From Chloroflexota bacterium (GTDB lineage: Bacteria > Chloroflexota > Anaerolineae > Anaerolineales > Villigracilaceae): a DNA stretch of 64,000 nt. The position numbers and the translations under genes are program-made. Below the pieces are notes generated by a model, which worked only from the letters and a program-made list of their open reading frames with translations, had not been told where the DNA came from and ran no database searches. Each line of letters begins with the position of its first letter. Position 1 is the first letter of the stretch. Below, one piece after another: positions 46,385 to 55,416 of the stretch. The stretch lies in assembly GCA_049324115.1 (NCBI GenBank), contig JBMOMN010000036.1, positions 3,207 to 67,206 on the forward strand, given 5' to 3'.

Positions 46385-46936
46385 CTATCGAAGTAGGGTG
46401 GCGTAATACAACGCTGCGCCAATGTGGATGAACGCGGCTGTGAACAGGGCCATTCCGATGGGGATGTGAATGGTGTGCCACAGGGCCATCAACCGCCGGG
46501 TGTGGGCGATCATTTCGGGCGAAACGATTGCGCCCACTTCAAGTCCGTCTGCCGTGCGCGGGATGCGGGTGTAAATGTACCGGCCGATAAAGCCGCTGAT
46601 CACGATGATGACCGTGAACAGGGTCGTCACACCGGCCAGGCCGTTGAATTTCCACGAGGTGTGCAACAGGACCATGAAAGGCCCGACCAGGCCGGTGAAG
46701 ATGTGGAATTGCAGCCATGCCGACATCCGGCCCCAGCGCGCCGAACGGGACCGCTTGCGCAGGCTGTAGAGCAACTCGGTCATGAGCATGAGGATGAAGC
46801 CGAAAATCCCGAGGCTGTGACCGAAAAGGTCGCTGGCAGGAGGGATGCCCCGGGTCAGGAAGACGATCGCGCCATAAATCCCGGCAATGAGGCTGCAAGC
46901 AATGAAAGCCAGCCATAATTCGTAGTTAGTGCGCAT
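46385..46936 (-). CDS. 5-TM membrane protein with two H-x13-H helices (predicted di-heme b-type cytochrome)
   Basis: 183 aa. TM3 is FHIFTGLVGPFMVLLHT and TM5 is IHIPIGMALFTAAFIHI, each with His residues 13 apart. It overlaps the upstream flavoprotein gene by 11 nt. Confidence 0.8.
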   Translation of the reverse strand: MRTNYELWLAFIACSLIAGIYGAIVFLTRGIPPASDLFGHSLGIFGFILMLMTELLYSLRKRSRSARWGRMSAWLQFHIFTGLVGPFMVLLHTSWKFNGLAGVTTLFTVIIVISGFIGRYIYTRIPRTADGLEVGAIVSPEMIAHTRRLMALWHTIHIPIGMALFTAAFIHIGAALYYATLLR

Positions 46937-48236
46937 ATTGGGTACTCCATTTTGTCCAGAAATTGGCGATCAGGTCTGCAATGGGCGCTTTGGGCGAAAG
47001 GAGCGCATCCCGGATCGAGGAAATATCCACCTGGGAAATGATTATTTGCTGCAACGGGCGGGACAGGGTCTGGTCGCCCATGACCACGGCCCCCAGCAGG
47101 GAGTTTTGTCCGATCAACAGGCGCAGCCGGTTGACGTCGAACCCGGACTGGGCCGCGATCGCATCCGGCAGGGAACGCCAGGTCTCGCTGTCGCCCCGGG
47201 CAATGCCGACCAGGTCTGCGTCCCGGCCGCTGCCCACCGTGCCGATGATGGTGGTGGTCAGCCCCGCCAGGCGGGTCACGTTGAACGGCGCGATCTTGCG
47301 GTAAGTCCGGTTTTGCCCGGCCATGTTCAAGCCGGCCACGTACCCCTGCTCACGCGCCGGGTTCCACAGGCTGTCCAACATGGCCTTGCCGGTCATGGGG
47401 TCGTAAACCTGGGCCACGTCGCCCGCGGCAAATATATTGGGGAGGTTGGAACGCAGGCCGTCGTCCACCATGATGCCGCGGTCCACCGTCAGGCCGGTTT
47501 CACGCGCCAGGGTGGTGCGGGGCTTGATCCCGATCCCATAGCCGACCAGGTCGCACTTCAACTGGCGGCCGTCTGCCAGGCGCACGCCTTTCACCTTGCC
47601 GCGCTTGCCCAGCACTTCCACCGCTTCGGCGTGTTTGTGGATCTGCACGCCCTCGTGCCTGAGACGTTCTTCCACGACGCGGCTTTCATCTTCGTCGAGG
47701 ACGTTGCTCCAGTAACGGTCGCCGCGCATCAGGTAATGCACCCGCACCCGGTTGGCGGCCAGGCCCTCGACGATTTCGAGAGCGGTGATCCCGCCGCCAA
47801 TGACCACTGCCGTGCGCGCCCGGCGGGCCATTTTCACGATCCGCCGGGCATCCTCGAGATGGTCCAGCTTGAAGACGCCTTCCAGGTCTGCCCCCGGAAT
47901 GGTCAAAGGCGTGGCTTTGGAACCCACAGCCACCAGCAGCCGGTCGTACCCGATCGTCCCGTTTTGCTGTAAAACCACCAGCTGGGCCTCCGGGTTGATC
48001 TTGACCGCCCGGTCGCGGAAATAGTGGATGTGCATCCGCTGGTAATCTGCCCGCTTGTACGGGAAGAGGTGGATTTCGGCCAGCTCACCGGTCAGGTAAT
48101 ACGCCAGGCCGGGGCGGGAATAATACGCGTGCGGGTCGTCGCCGATGAGCACGATCTCGCCGGCCGGGTCCACGCTGCGGATGGCTTCCATAGCCGCGAT
48201 TCCAGCCACACCGGTACCAAGAATGACGTATCGCAT
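46926..48236 (-). CDS. FAD/NAD(P)-binding pyridine-nucleotide-disulfide-family oxidoreductase
   Basis: The start is trimmed to MRYVILGTGVAGIAAMEA. A second Rossmann fold is AVVIGGGITALE, followed by GD motif FAAGDVA. The ATG shares a base with the ferredoxin stop. Confidence 0.88.
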   Translation of the reverse strand: MRYVILGTGVAGIAAMEAIRSVDPAGEIVLIGDDPHAYYSRPGLAYYLTGELAEIHLFPYKRADYQRMHIHYFRDRAVKINPEAQLVVLQQNGTIGYDRLLVAVGSKATPLTIPGADLEGVFKLDHLEDARRIVKMARRARTAVVIGGGITALEIVEGLAANRVRVHYLMRGDRYWSNVLDEDESRVVEERLRHEGVQIHKHAEAVEVLGKRGKVKGVRLADGRQLKCDLVGYGIGIKPRTTLARETGLTVDRGIMVDDGLRSNLPNIFAAGDVAQVYDPMTGKAMLDSLWNPAREQGYVAGLNMAGQNRTYRKIAPFNVTRLAGLTTTIIGTVGSGRDADLVGIARGDSETWRSLPDAIAAQSGFDVNRLRLLIGQNSLLGAVVMGDQTLSRPLQQIIISQVDISSIRDALLSPKAPIADLIANFWTKWSTQYAH

Positions 48237-48499
48237 TATCTTCTTCCCTCGAACAGGTCGGTGTGGGCAAAATGCAAGACCCCGCGCGGGCAACGCGCCA
48301 CACACTCTCCGCAAGTCAGGCACTCGCTGCGCTTGACGGGTTCGCCCAGCCAGGCATGGTGGCGCACATCAATTCCGATTGGACAGTTATACGAACACAC
48401 ACCGCATTGAACACAACGGCCCGCCTCCGGCACAACGTGCCCCGAGGTCAAGGCCGTGCGGTGTTTGGCTTCAGAGATGAACAATTCTTCAATCGCCAT
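48236..48499 (-). CDS. 2x[4Fe-4S] ferredoxin
   Basis: 87 aa with CVQCGVCSYNCP and CLTCGECVARCP. Confidence 0.88.
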   Translation of the reverse strand: MAIEELFISEAKHRTALTSGHVVPEAGRCVQCGVCSYNCPIGIDVRHHAWLGEPVKRSECLTCGECVARCPRGVLHFAHTDLFEGRR

Positions 48500-48605
48500 T
48501 AGCAGGTTTCCTCACAATGCTTAGTCGAATTGTCTTATTAAAAGTTGCTCATTCAGTCTCATGTGATTATCATACAAAAGTCAGGGGGTGTCCTTACAAT
48601 TCCCC

Positions 48606-48641
48606 AATAAAAAAACAACAGGGCTGCGCTGGGCAGCCCTG
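48606..48641 (-). terminator. Intrinsic terminator after cspA
   Basis: On the minus strand: CAGGGCTGC-ccagc-GCAGCCCTG followed by TTGTTTTTTTATT. Confidence 0.8.
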
Positions 48642-48663
48642 CACTTTCTCGCAAGCAGTTTCC

Positions 48664-48876
48664 CTACGGGACAGGTATGACGTTGGCGGCTTGCAAACCG
48701 CGCGGGCCTTCCTCGATTGAAAACTCGACCTTCTGATCCGTTTCCAGTTTGCGATATCCGTCCATGGTGATGGCGCTGAAATGGACGAAAACGTCCTCGC
48801 CTTCGTCGCGACCGATGAATCCGTAGCCTTTCGTGGCATTGAACCACTTGACGGTTCCAGTTAAACGTTCTGACAT
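48664..48876 (-). CDS. cspA: Cold-shock protein (CspA family)
   Basis: [15 protein letters not shown] (RNP1) and DVFVHFS (RNP2). Confidence 0.95.
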   Translation of the reverse strand: MSERLTGTVKWFNATKGYGFIGRDEGEDVFVHFSAITMDGYRKLETDQKVEFSIEEGPRGLQAANVIPVP

Positions 48877-48977
48877 CTTTCTTTCTCCTGCATGGGAAAT
48901 TTAAGCCAGCCTCAAGATAATGACAGCAACGGAGTGGCTGGACAACGGCGCAAGATTATCACGCAAAAATGGGCGTG

Positions 48978-49637
48978 TCAAGACGATTCGCGTTGCAGTT
49001 TCTTGACGAAAACCGCGTAACGCGACGTCAAGTGGACCCAGGGCGGGGACCAGCGCGTCCGCGCCTGCCCCTGGCCGATCACCCTGCGCAGCTCATCTGG
49101 ACCGGTGAAGCCGGATACCGTTAAAGTGGCCCTCCCCAGCTCGAACGCGGCGTGGGCGTCCGACCCCACCGTGCCGGGGATGCGGTGCTGGCGGGCAAAC
49201 TCCAGCGCCCGGCGGTTGAACTCCGGCGACCAGCAGCGCGAGTTGAAAGTCTCGATGGCGTCCACCAGCGGCAGGATCTCCAGCAGGTCGGCCGGCTCCC
49301 AATGCCCGCGGCGCATCACGTCGAACGGGTGCGACACGCTGATGAACGCCCCCTGGCCGCGCAGCCGCTCGATCGTCTCTAGCGGCGACAGGCCGGGCGG
49401 CAGCTCCTCGGTCACGAACGCCGCCAGCAGTTCGCCCCGGGTGGTCAGGACCTCCTCGCCTATGATCACCCGCTCCGGGTCCAGGGCCTGGCACGCCCGC
49501 GCCCCGGCGATCGTGTTGTGGTCCGTCACGACCACCCGGTCAATCCCCTTGCGGCGGCAAACCTCCACCAGCCGCTGCGGGGTGGTGAGGGAATCCTTCG
49601 AGTAAATGGTATGGCAGTGAAATTCTACGCGCAACAT
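48978..49637 (-). CDS. PHP-domain metal-dependent phosphoesterase
   Basis: MLRVEFHCHTIYSKDS...VVVTDHNTIAG...SDAH. Confidence 0.8.
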   Translation of the reverse strand: MLRVEFHCHTIYSKDSLTTPQRLVEVCRRKGIDRVVVTDHNTIAGARACQALDPERVIIGEEVLTTRGELLAAFVTEELPPGLSPLETIERLRGQGAFISVSHPFDVMRRGHWEPADLLEILPLVDAIETFNSRCWSPEFNRRALEFARQHRIPGTVGSDAHAAFELGRATLTVSGFTGPDELRRVIGQGQARTRWSPPWVHLTSRYAVFVKKLQRESS

Positions 49638-49784
49638 AACTTATCCGCCGGAAGCTCACAACCAATCAGCATTCCCAATTTGATAGTGTCACTGCGAGGA
49701 ACGAAGCAGTCTCCCCGATAGTGGAGGGGATTGCGTCGGCAAAAGGCGCCTCGCAATGACACATAATGATAATTACTGCAATCA

Positions 49785-51452
49785 ATGGTTGCCCTTTTGG
49801 GGATTATTATATACAATCAAAGGGACATGGACGAGCAACGTTTCCACCAAAAACCCTGGTTCTTCTTTTTCATAACCATTTTAGGTTTGGGGATACTGTA
49901 TTTACTCGTCGCACCGACCAAGGATACCATCCTGAAAACCCTGTGGGCCAACAAAGGGGACTACTTTCTCTGTCTTGGAGGCTTCCTGCTCTGGCTGGCC
50001 TTCTTCGCCCAATTCGTCCTGCCGGTGCGGAAATTCCGTGACCGCCAAAAAATATTCGACAGACTGCTGAACTCGGTCCTGGGGGTACGCGGCCCTGCGA
50101 TTTTCATCGAGAACGGCAACCCGCGCCTGAGCCATGAAGAAGAGAAACGCAAAGGAGCGGGGGTGATCTGGCTGGATACGGCCAGCGGGGCGGTCTTGCG
50201 CGTGGCGACCAAATTTACCCGCGCCGTCGGCCCCGGGGTGGTCTTCACCAACGCGGGCGAAAAACTGGCCGCCAGCGTTGACCTGCACACGCAGAACCAG
50301 CCCATCGGCCCAAGCGAGAAAGACGATCCCTTTGCCAAAGAGAAGAAAGAGGGCCAGAGCGAAGAAGAGTTCATGGCATGCATGAACCGTCGCGACGATA
50401 CCATTGGCCTCACCCGCGACGGGATCGAGATCGTCCCCAATATTTCGGTCATGTTCAGGATCGAGGCCGACCCGGCCAAAGACAAGGAGCCGGGTTCCCG
50501 CTTCGGCTACAACGAGGACTCCGTTTTCCGCGCCATCGCCGGGCAAGGCATCAACCCGGACAAATCCAACGACTCGGCCCGTTACCGGGTAGCCTGGAAC
50601 GAACTCCCCGCCCGGCTGGCAGCCGACCTGTGGCGCGAATACCTGAGCAAGTTCACCCTGGCAGAACTCTTCGACCCCATCCGGCCAATCCCTGAGATGA
50701 ACGCAGCCGACATCACGGCCACCCGGTTATCCAGGCTGCCCCAGCCGGCCAAAGCTGAATTGCCGGAGCCGATCGGCATAAGCCGGACCTTGTACCAGTT
50801 CTATCAGGTCATCAACGGCTGGCTGGAAAAACTGATCGCCCTTTGCGAAAAGGAAAAATCTCCGCCCCCGAAAAAGGAATCGGCGCAGGAGCCTAAAACC
50901 GAAGGCAAAGCCCCGGAAGGTGAAAAACCGACGACTGAAACCGCCATGCAGGTCATCGCCCGCATGGTCAACGAGCGGCTGCAAAATGAATTCGTGCAGG
51001 GGATCAACGAATTTGGCGAATGGGAATCGGTTTTCGATTCCCAAAGGAGCCGGGAGTTCGAAATTCTCAGAAATCGCGGGATAAGGGTCAATCGCGTCAC
51101 CATCGCCAACCTGCGTTTCAGGCCCGATGTGGACAAACGCATTGTGCAACAGTTCACGGCAAACTGGCTGGATAACGCTCGCCGTGAACGCGACCGCATC
51201 GAATCCGAACGCAGCCTGTCCGAGCACGAGGGCCGTGAACGCGCCCTCGTGCGTTACACTACCGCGCTCAGCCGGGAAATCTTGAGGTCCCGCCCGGCCA
51301 GCCCGGAGGCGGCCCTGCAAGCCCTGCTGCGAGGCAGCCGCAGCGAATTGATCCGCGACAACAACCTGAGGCGACGCGTCAGCAACGAAGTGGAAGACCT
51401 GACCGCGCTGCTCCAGTGGGTGGATAAGGTGATAGATGGACAAGAGCCGTAA
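49785..51452 (+). CDS. Membrane protein with an SPFH/band-7-like core and a coiled-coil tail (function unknown)
   Basis: Two N-terminal TM helices, then GPGVVF...ASVDLHTQ...GLTRDGIEIVPNISVMFRI, a pattern reminiscent of the SPFH fold. The alternative start ATG 49827 (MDEQ) is possible. Confidence 0.7.
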   Translation: MVALLGIIIYNQRDMDEQRFHQKPWFFFFITILGLGILYLLVAPTKDTILKTLWANKGDYFLCLGGFLLWLAFFAQFVLPVRKFRDRQKIFDRLLNSVLGVRGPAIFIENGNPRLSHEEEKRKGAGVIWLDTASGAVLRVATKFTRAVGPGVVFTNAGEKLAASVDLHTQNQPIGPSEKDDPFAKEKKEGQSEEEFMACMNRRDDTIGLTRDGIEIVPNISVMFRIEADPAKDKEPGSRFGYNEDSVFRAIAGQGINPDKSNDSARYRVAWNELPARLAADLWREYLSKFTLAELFDPIRPIPEMNAADITATRLSRLPQPAKAELPEPIGISRTLYQFYQVINGWLEKLIALCEKEKSPPPKKESAQEPKTEGKAPEGEKPTTETAMQVIARMVNERLQNEFVQGINEFGEWESVFDSQRSREFEILRNRGIRVNRVTIANLRFRPDVDKRIVQQFTANWLDNARRERDRIESERSLSEHEGRERALVRYTTALSREILRSRPASPEAALQALLRGSRSELIRDNNLRRRVSNEVEDLTALLQWVDKVIDGQEP

Positions 51453-52989
51453 CGAACCGAAATCCCTCACCGAGCAGGAAGGGCAGCGCCTGCGCGCCAA
51501 TTTCGTGCGCCTGATGGACTGCCTGCTGAACAAGATCTTCGCCCTCACCCGGAACACCGCCCGCGCCCGCCAGACCGTGACCTGGTTCCTGCTGTTCTTC
51601 CTGGGATTCCTGATCGGGCTGAAAATCACCAACCTGGCGACCTGGCTGCAATACATCCGGGAAGTGTTTACAGCCTTATTCCAATTGTCCTACACGGCAT
51701 TCGGGGGTGCCGTGGCCAAGCTGATTACGACGATCTTCAACACTTTTTTTGCGCCCGAAACGCTCAGGTACCTGCCCCCGTTGCTGCTGCCCTTCCTCCT
51801 GGCATGGCAATTCGCGGCGATGTACCTGGCCGACATTTTCGAGCTGACCCATGCCGGCATTGCCCGCAGTTTCATCATGCGGGCTGCTTTTGGCGCACGC
51901 TACGAACGGATCCACATCCGGGAGGGACAGATCGCCGAAGAAGACCGCGACTCCCCGGTGTACCAGATCGGCGGCCCGGGGCTGGTCCAGATCGAGCTGG
52001 ATTCGGCTGCCCTGTTCGAAGACGCGGACGGCCGCCCGCGCGTGCAGGGGCCGACGAACGACCAGCCGTCGGGCTTCCTCGAACTGACCGGGTTCGAACG
52101 CCTGCGCGCCGCTTACGACCTGCGCAACCACTACACCGATTCCCTGACCGTCAACAACCGGAGCCTGGATGGGATCAAAATCGAGGCCAAGGATGTGCGC
52201 CTGGTTTACAGTGTCTGGCGCGGCCCCGGCTCGCCTGCGCCGACGCTTGAACGTCCCCATCCTTTCCATCCGCAAGCCATCGCAACCTTGACATACAACC
52301 AGGCCTGTAAAGTTGCTGAAGCCGGGAAACCCTCGGCTTGCGGCCCATGGCATCCCGCCATGACCGGCATCATCCGGGGCGAGCTAAGCCGGTTCATCGC
52401 CGAACACAGGCTGGTGGAATTCCTTGCCAGCGTCAATATGCCCGAAAGACAACGGGCGATGGAACACCTGAACATCCTCGCCGGACGGGTCGAACAGTTG
52501 GCAGAAACAGACGTGGACCTGCCGAGGGAGGAGGAGCAGATCCCCATCCCGGAGCATTTGACGACCCGCCCGGAGATCAGCAATATGTTCGTCCGCTTCG
52601 TCGAAGACTTCAACCTGATCCCCAGCCGGTTCGCCGAAAGTGCCCAAAGACGCGGCCTGGAATTGCACTGGATCGGGATCGGCGCGTGGCACCCGCCTGA
52701 TGAAGTGGTCGCAGAACAGCACCTGGAAGCCTGGAAACTCAACCGCGAAAATGTCTCTCGCGGCGCAGAAAGGGCAATGAACGGGTTGAGCAACGAGGCC
52801 TTTTTACAGGAAATGATGCGCCTCGTCCATGAAGTCCCATTCGAGTCGCTGCGGCGGGCGCGCGCCAGATTCCAACGCTCGAACGATTTCGTCAGGCAAG
52901 TTGTTTTGGATTACCGGGAACTCATCCGTGAAGCCCTGCGGCGCATACGTGCGAACGCGGAAAGGCAGAGGAATGTCAACCGATTCTAA
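51436..52989 (+). CDS. Membrane protein, distant paralog of the upstream SPFH-like protein (function unknown)
   Basis: Three TM helices, then IHIREGQI...GGPGLVQIELDSAALFE...SLDGIKIEAKDVRLVYSV. It overlaps the upstream gene by 17 nt. Confidence 0.7.
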   Translation: MDKSRNEPKSLTEQEGQRLRANFVRLMDCLLNKIFALTRNTARARQTVTWFLLFFLGFLIGLKITNLATWLQYIREVFTALFQLSYTAFGGAVAKLITTIFNTFFAPETLRYLPPLLLPFLLAWQFAAMYLADIFELTHAGIARSFIMRAAFGARYERIHIREGQIAEEDRDSPVYQIGGPGLVQIELDSAALFEDADGRPRVQGPTNDQPSGFLELTGFERLRAAYDLRNHYTDSLTVNNRSLDGIKIEAKDVRLVYSVWRGPGSPAPTLERPHPFHPQAIATLTYNQACKVAEAGKPSACGPWHPAMTGIIRGELSRFIAEHRLVEFLASVNMPERQRAMEHLNILAGRVEQLAETDVDLPREEEQIPIPEHLTTRPEISNMFVRFVEDFNLIPSRFAESAQRRGLELHWIGIGAWHPPDEVVAEQHLEAWKLNRENVSRGAERAMNGLSNEAFLQEMMRLVHEVPFESLRRARARFQRSNDFVRQVVLDYRELIREALRRIRANAERQRNVNRF

Positions 52990-53314
52990 TAGTTATGAAA
53001 CGACCATACTGGTACTCAAACAGGCTCTGGAGCAACTGGATAAGTCTTTAGGGCTACAACACACCCTTCGCGGAGGTGTATCTTTAGCCGGCAGCAATAG
53101 CGATCAAACTCTTGAAGCGGCAGCGTCCGAATCGCTTTTCGACAGGATCAGCGAAGAAGACCTGTTCAACCAACTCGTCCAGTTGATTGGAGGCGACCGG
53201 AACATTTCGAACCAGTTGATCGCACGGGAGCAGAATAAATATCCGGGTGAAGCGCGAAAAGAATCCATCGCCCGCGTCCTCGCCCGGCTTCTGAAAAACC
53301 GTCGGCAAAGGTAA
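52973..53314 (+). CDS. Small soluble helical protein (113 aa), unknown function
   Basis: MSTDSNSYETTILVLKQALEQLDKSL.... The ATG lies inside the last 17 nt of the upstream gene. The upstream part of the raw ORF is unsupported. Confidence 0.55.
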   Translation: MSTDSNSYETTILVLKQALEQLDKSLGLQHTLRGGVSLAGSNSDQTLEAAASESLFDRISEEDLFNQLVQLIGGDRNISNQLIAREQNKYPGEARKESIARVLARLLKNRRQR

Positions 53315-53320
53315 GGGGCC

Positions 53321-54277
53321 ATGCCTCCCTCCCTCCCCCTCTCCTCCCCCGACTCTCCCGTGCTCGTCATCGGCTCGTCCGGTATAGACGTGATCGGCCG
53401 CCTCGAAGCGGACCTGAATTCCGGCTCGTCCAATTCGGCCCGCATCCGCCGCTCGTATGGAGGGGTGGCCCGCAACATCTCCGAGAACCTGGCCCGGCTG
53501 GGGCAACCCGTCCGCCTGTTGACCGTCGCCGGGAACGACCCCACCGGGGAGGATATGCTCGAATACACCCGGGCCGCCGGGGTGGACATCTCTGCCGTGC
53601 TCCGCACCGGCGACTTCCCCACCGGTTATTACATGGGCGTGCTCAACAACCGCGGCCTGCTCGAATACGCCGTGGACGACATGCGCCTGATGTCCACCCT
53701 GACCGGCGACACCCTGCGCCAGCACGAAACACTTTTCAAAGACGCCGGGATGGTCGTCCTGGACGCCAACCTGCCCGACGCTGCCCTGCGGACGGCTTTC
53801 AGCCTGGCGCGCAAGGCCAGGGTCCCGGTCTGCGCCGACCCGGCCTCGGTGCGGCTGGCCCACAAACTGACCCGCTACATCCCCCGCATCTTCCTCACCA
53901 CACCCAACAGCCTCGAAGCCGGCATCCTGACCGGTAAGGCCTTCGACCCCTCCGACCGCAAATCTGCCCTGGACGCCGCCCGGATGCTCGTCAGCCAGGG
54001 GGTCAGCATCGTGCTCATCACCCTGGCCGAATTCGGCGTGGTCTACGCCACCTCCGAGACCAGCGGCCACATCCCGGCCATCCGCACCCGCATCATTGAC
54101 CCGACCGGCGCCGGGGACGCCCTGACCGCGGCCGTCATCTTCTCCCTGCTCAACGACATCGAACTCGACGACGCCATCCGCCTGGGCGTGGCCGCCGCCT
54201 CGCTCACCCTGCGGCACACCGGCACGGTTTACCCCGGCCTGTCGCTCGAAAAACTCTACGACCAGCTCCCCACCTGA
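53321..54277 (+). CDS. psuK: PfkB-family carbohydrate kinase, probably pseudouridine kinase
   Basis: GGVARNISENL and DPTGAGDALTAAV motifs. It lies directly upstream of psuG. Confidence 0.75.
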   Translation: MPPSLPLSSPDSPVLVIGSSGIDVIGRLEADLNSGSSNSARIRRSYGGVARNISENLARLGQPVRLLTVAGNDPTGEDMLEYTRAAGVDISAVLRTGDFPTGYYMGVLNNRGLLEYAVDDMRLMSTLTGDTLRQHETLFKDAGMVVLDANLPDAALRTAFSLARKARVPVCADPASVRLAHKLTRYIPRIFLTTPNSLEAGILTGKAFDPSDRKSALDAARMLVSQGVSIVLITLAEFGVVYATSETSGHIPAIRTRIIDPTGAGDALTAAVIFSLLNDIELDDAIRLGVAAASLTLRHTGTVYPGLSLEKLYDQLPT

Positions 54278-54281
54278 CCCC

Positions 54282-55217
54282 ATGTCCACACCCGAAAACC
54301 AGTTGTTCAACATCCTGCCCAACGTCAAGCGCGCCCTCGACCTGAAACTCCCGGTCGTGGCGCTCGAATCGACCGTCATCACCCATGGATTGCCCAAACC
54401 CCAGAACCTGTCGCTGGCCCTGGATATGGAACAGGCCGTCCGCAGCGAGGGCGGCACCCCGGCCACGATCGCCCTGCTCGCCGGGAAGATCCGCATCGGC
54501 CTGACCGAAAGCGACCTGGACAAGCTGGCTGCCGCGCCGGACCCGGTCAAGGTCAGCCGCCGGGACTTTGCCGCGGCGCTCTCGAAAGGTTCCAGCGGCG
54601 GCACCACCGTCGCCGGGACGATGTTCGCGGCCCACAAAGTCGGCATCCAGGTCTTCGCCACAGGCGGGATCGGCGGTGTCCACCGCGACAGCCGCTGGGA
54701 CGTCTCGACCGACCTGCAAGCCCTGGCTGACACACCCATGATCGTGGTCTGCGCCGGGGCCAAGTCCATCCTCGACCTGCCCGCCACGCTCGAAGTCCTC
54801 GAAACCCTGGGCGTCCCCGTCGTCGGCTACCAGACGGACGATTTCCCCGCCTTTTACTCCCGCGAAAGCGGATTGAAGGTCAGCGCCCGCTGCGACTCGC
54901 CGGGGGAGATCGCCGGGTTCGCCAAAACCCACTGGGACCTGGGCCAGCAGAGCGCCGTCCTGGTGGCGCAGCCCGTCCCGGCCAACGCGGCCATCCCCAA
55001 GTCCGAGATTGACCCGCACATCGAAGCCGCCCTGGCCAAAGCCAAAAAAGACGGGATAAAAGGGCCGGCCGTCACGCCTTTCCTTCTATCCCAGGTCAAG
55101 GAACTGAGCGGGGGCCGGGCCATGCAGGCCAATTTAGCCTTGCTGCTCAACAACGCCCAGCTTGCGGCCCAGATCGCCAAAGCCCTGGCCGCCGGGCAAA
55201 GGGAACGGATCATCTAA
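54282..55217 (+). CDS. psuG: Pseudouridine-5'-phosphate glycosidase
   Basis: PVVALESTVITHGLPKPQN and the IndA-family layout. Confidence 0.88.
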   Translation: MSTPENQLFNILPNVKRALDLKLPVVALESTVITHGLPKPQNLSLALDMEQAVRSEGGTPATIALLAGKIRIGLTESDLDKLAAAPDPVKVSRRDFAAALSKGSSGGTTVAGTMFAAHKVGIQVFATGGIGGVHRDSRWDVSTDLQALADTPMIVVCAGAKSILDLPATLEVLETLGVPVVGYQTDDFPAFYSRESGLKVSARCDSPGEIAGFAKTHWDLGQQSAVLVAQPVPANAAIPKSEIDPHIEAALAKAKKDGIKGPAVTPFLLSQVKELSGGRAMQANLALLLNNAQLAAQIAKALAAGQRERII

Positions 55218-55227
55218 CAGATTAATA

Positions 55228-55398
55228 GGGGGTGCAAGCTTTAGCTTGCCGGTTCCCAGCGGACTGAAGCTCTCAGCAGACTGAAGCCCTTAGCGGACTG
55301 AAGCCCTTAGCGGACTGAAGCCCTTAGCGGACTGAAGCCCTTAGCGGACTGAAGTCCGCACTCCAATTCAACCTGGAGTGCAGGCTTCAGCCTGCGAG
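55228..55398. repeat. Hairpin repeat element (inverted orientation of the 31.2-kb unit) with an internal 17-nt tandem (GCGGACTGAAGCCCTTA x4)
   Basis: GTGCAAGCTTTAGCTTGCC ... (AGCGGACTGAAGCCCTT)n ... GCGGACTGAAGTCCGCACTCC. Confidence 0.8.
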
Positions 55399-55416
55399 AT
55401 GAAAAATTGGGGGATT

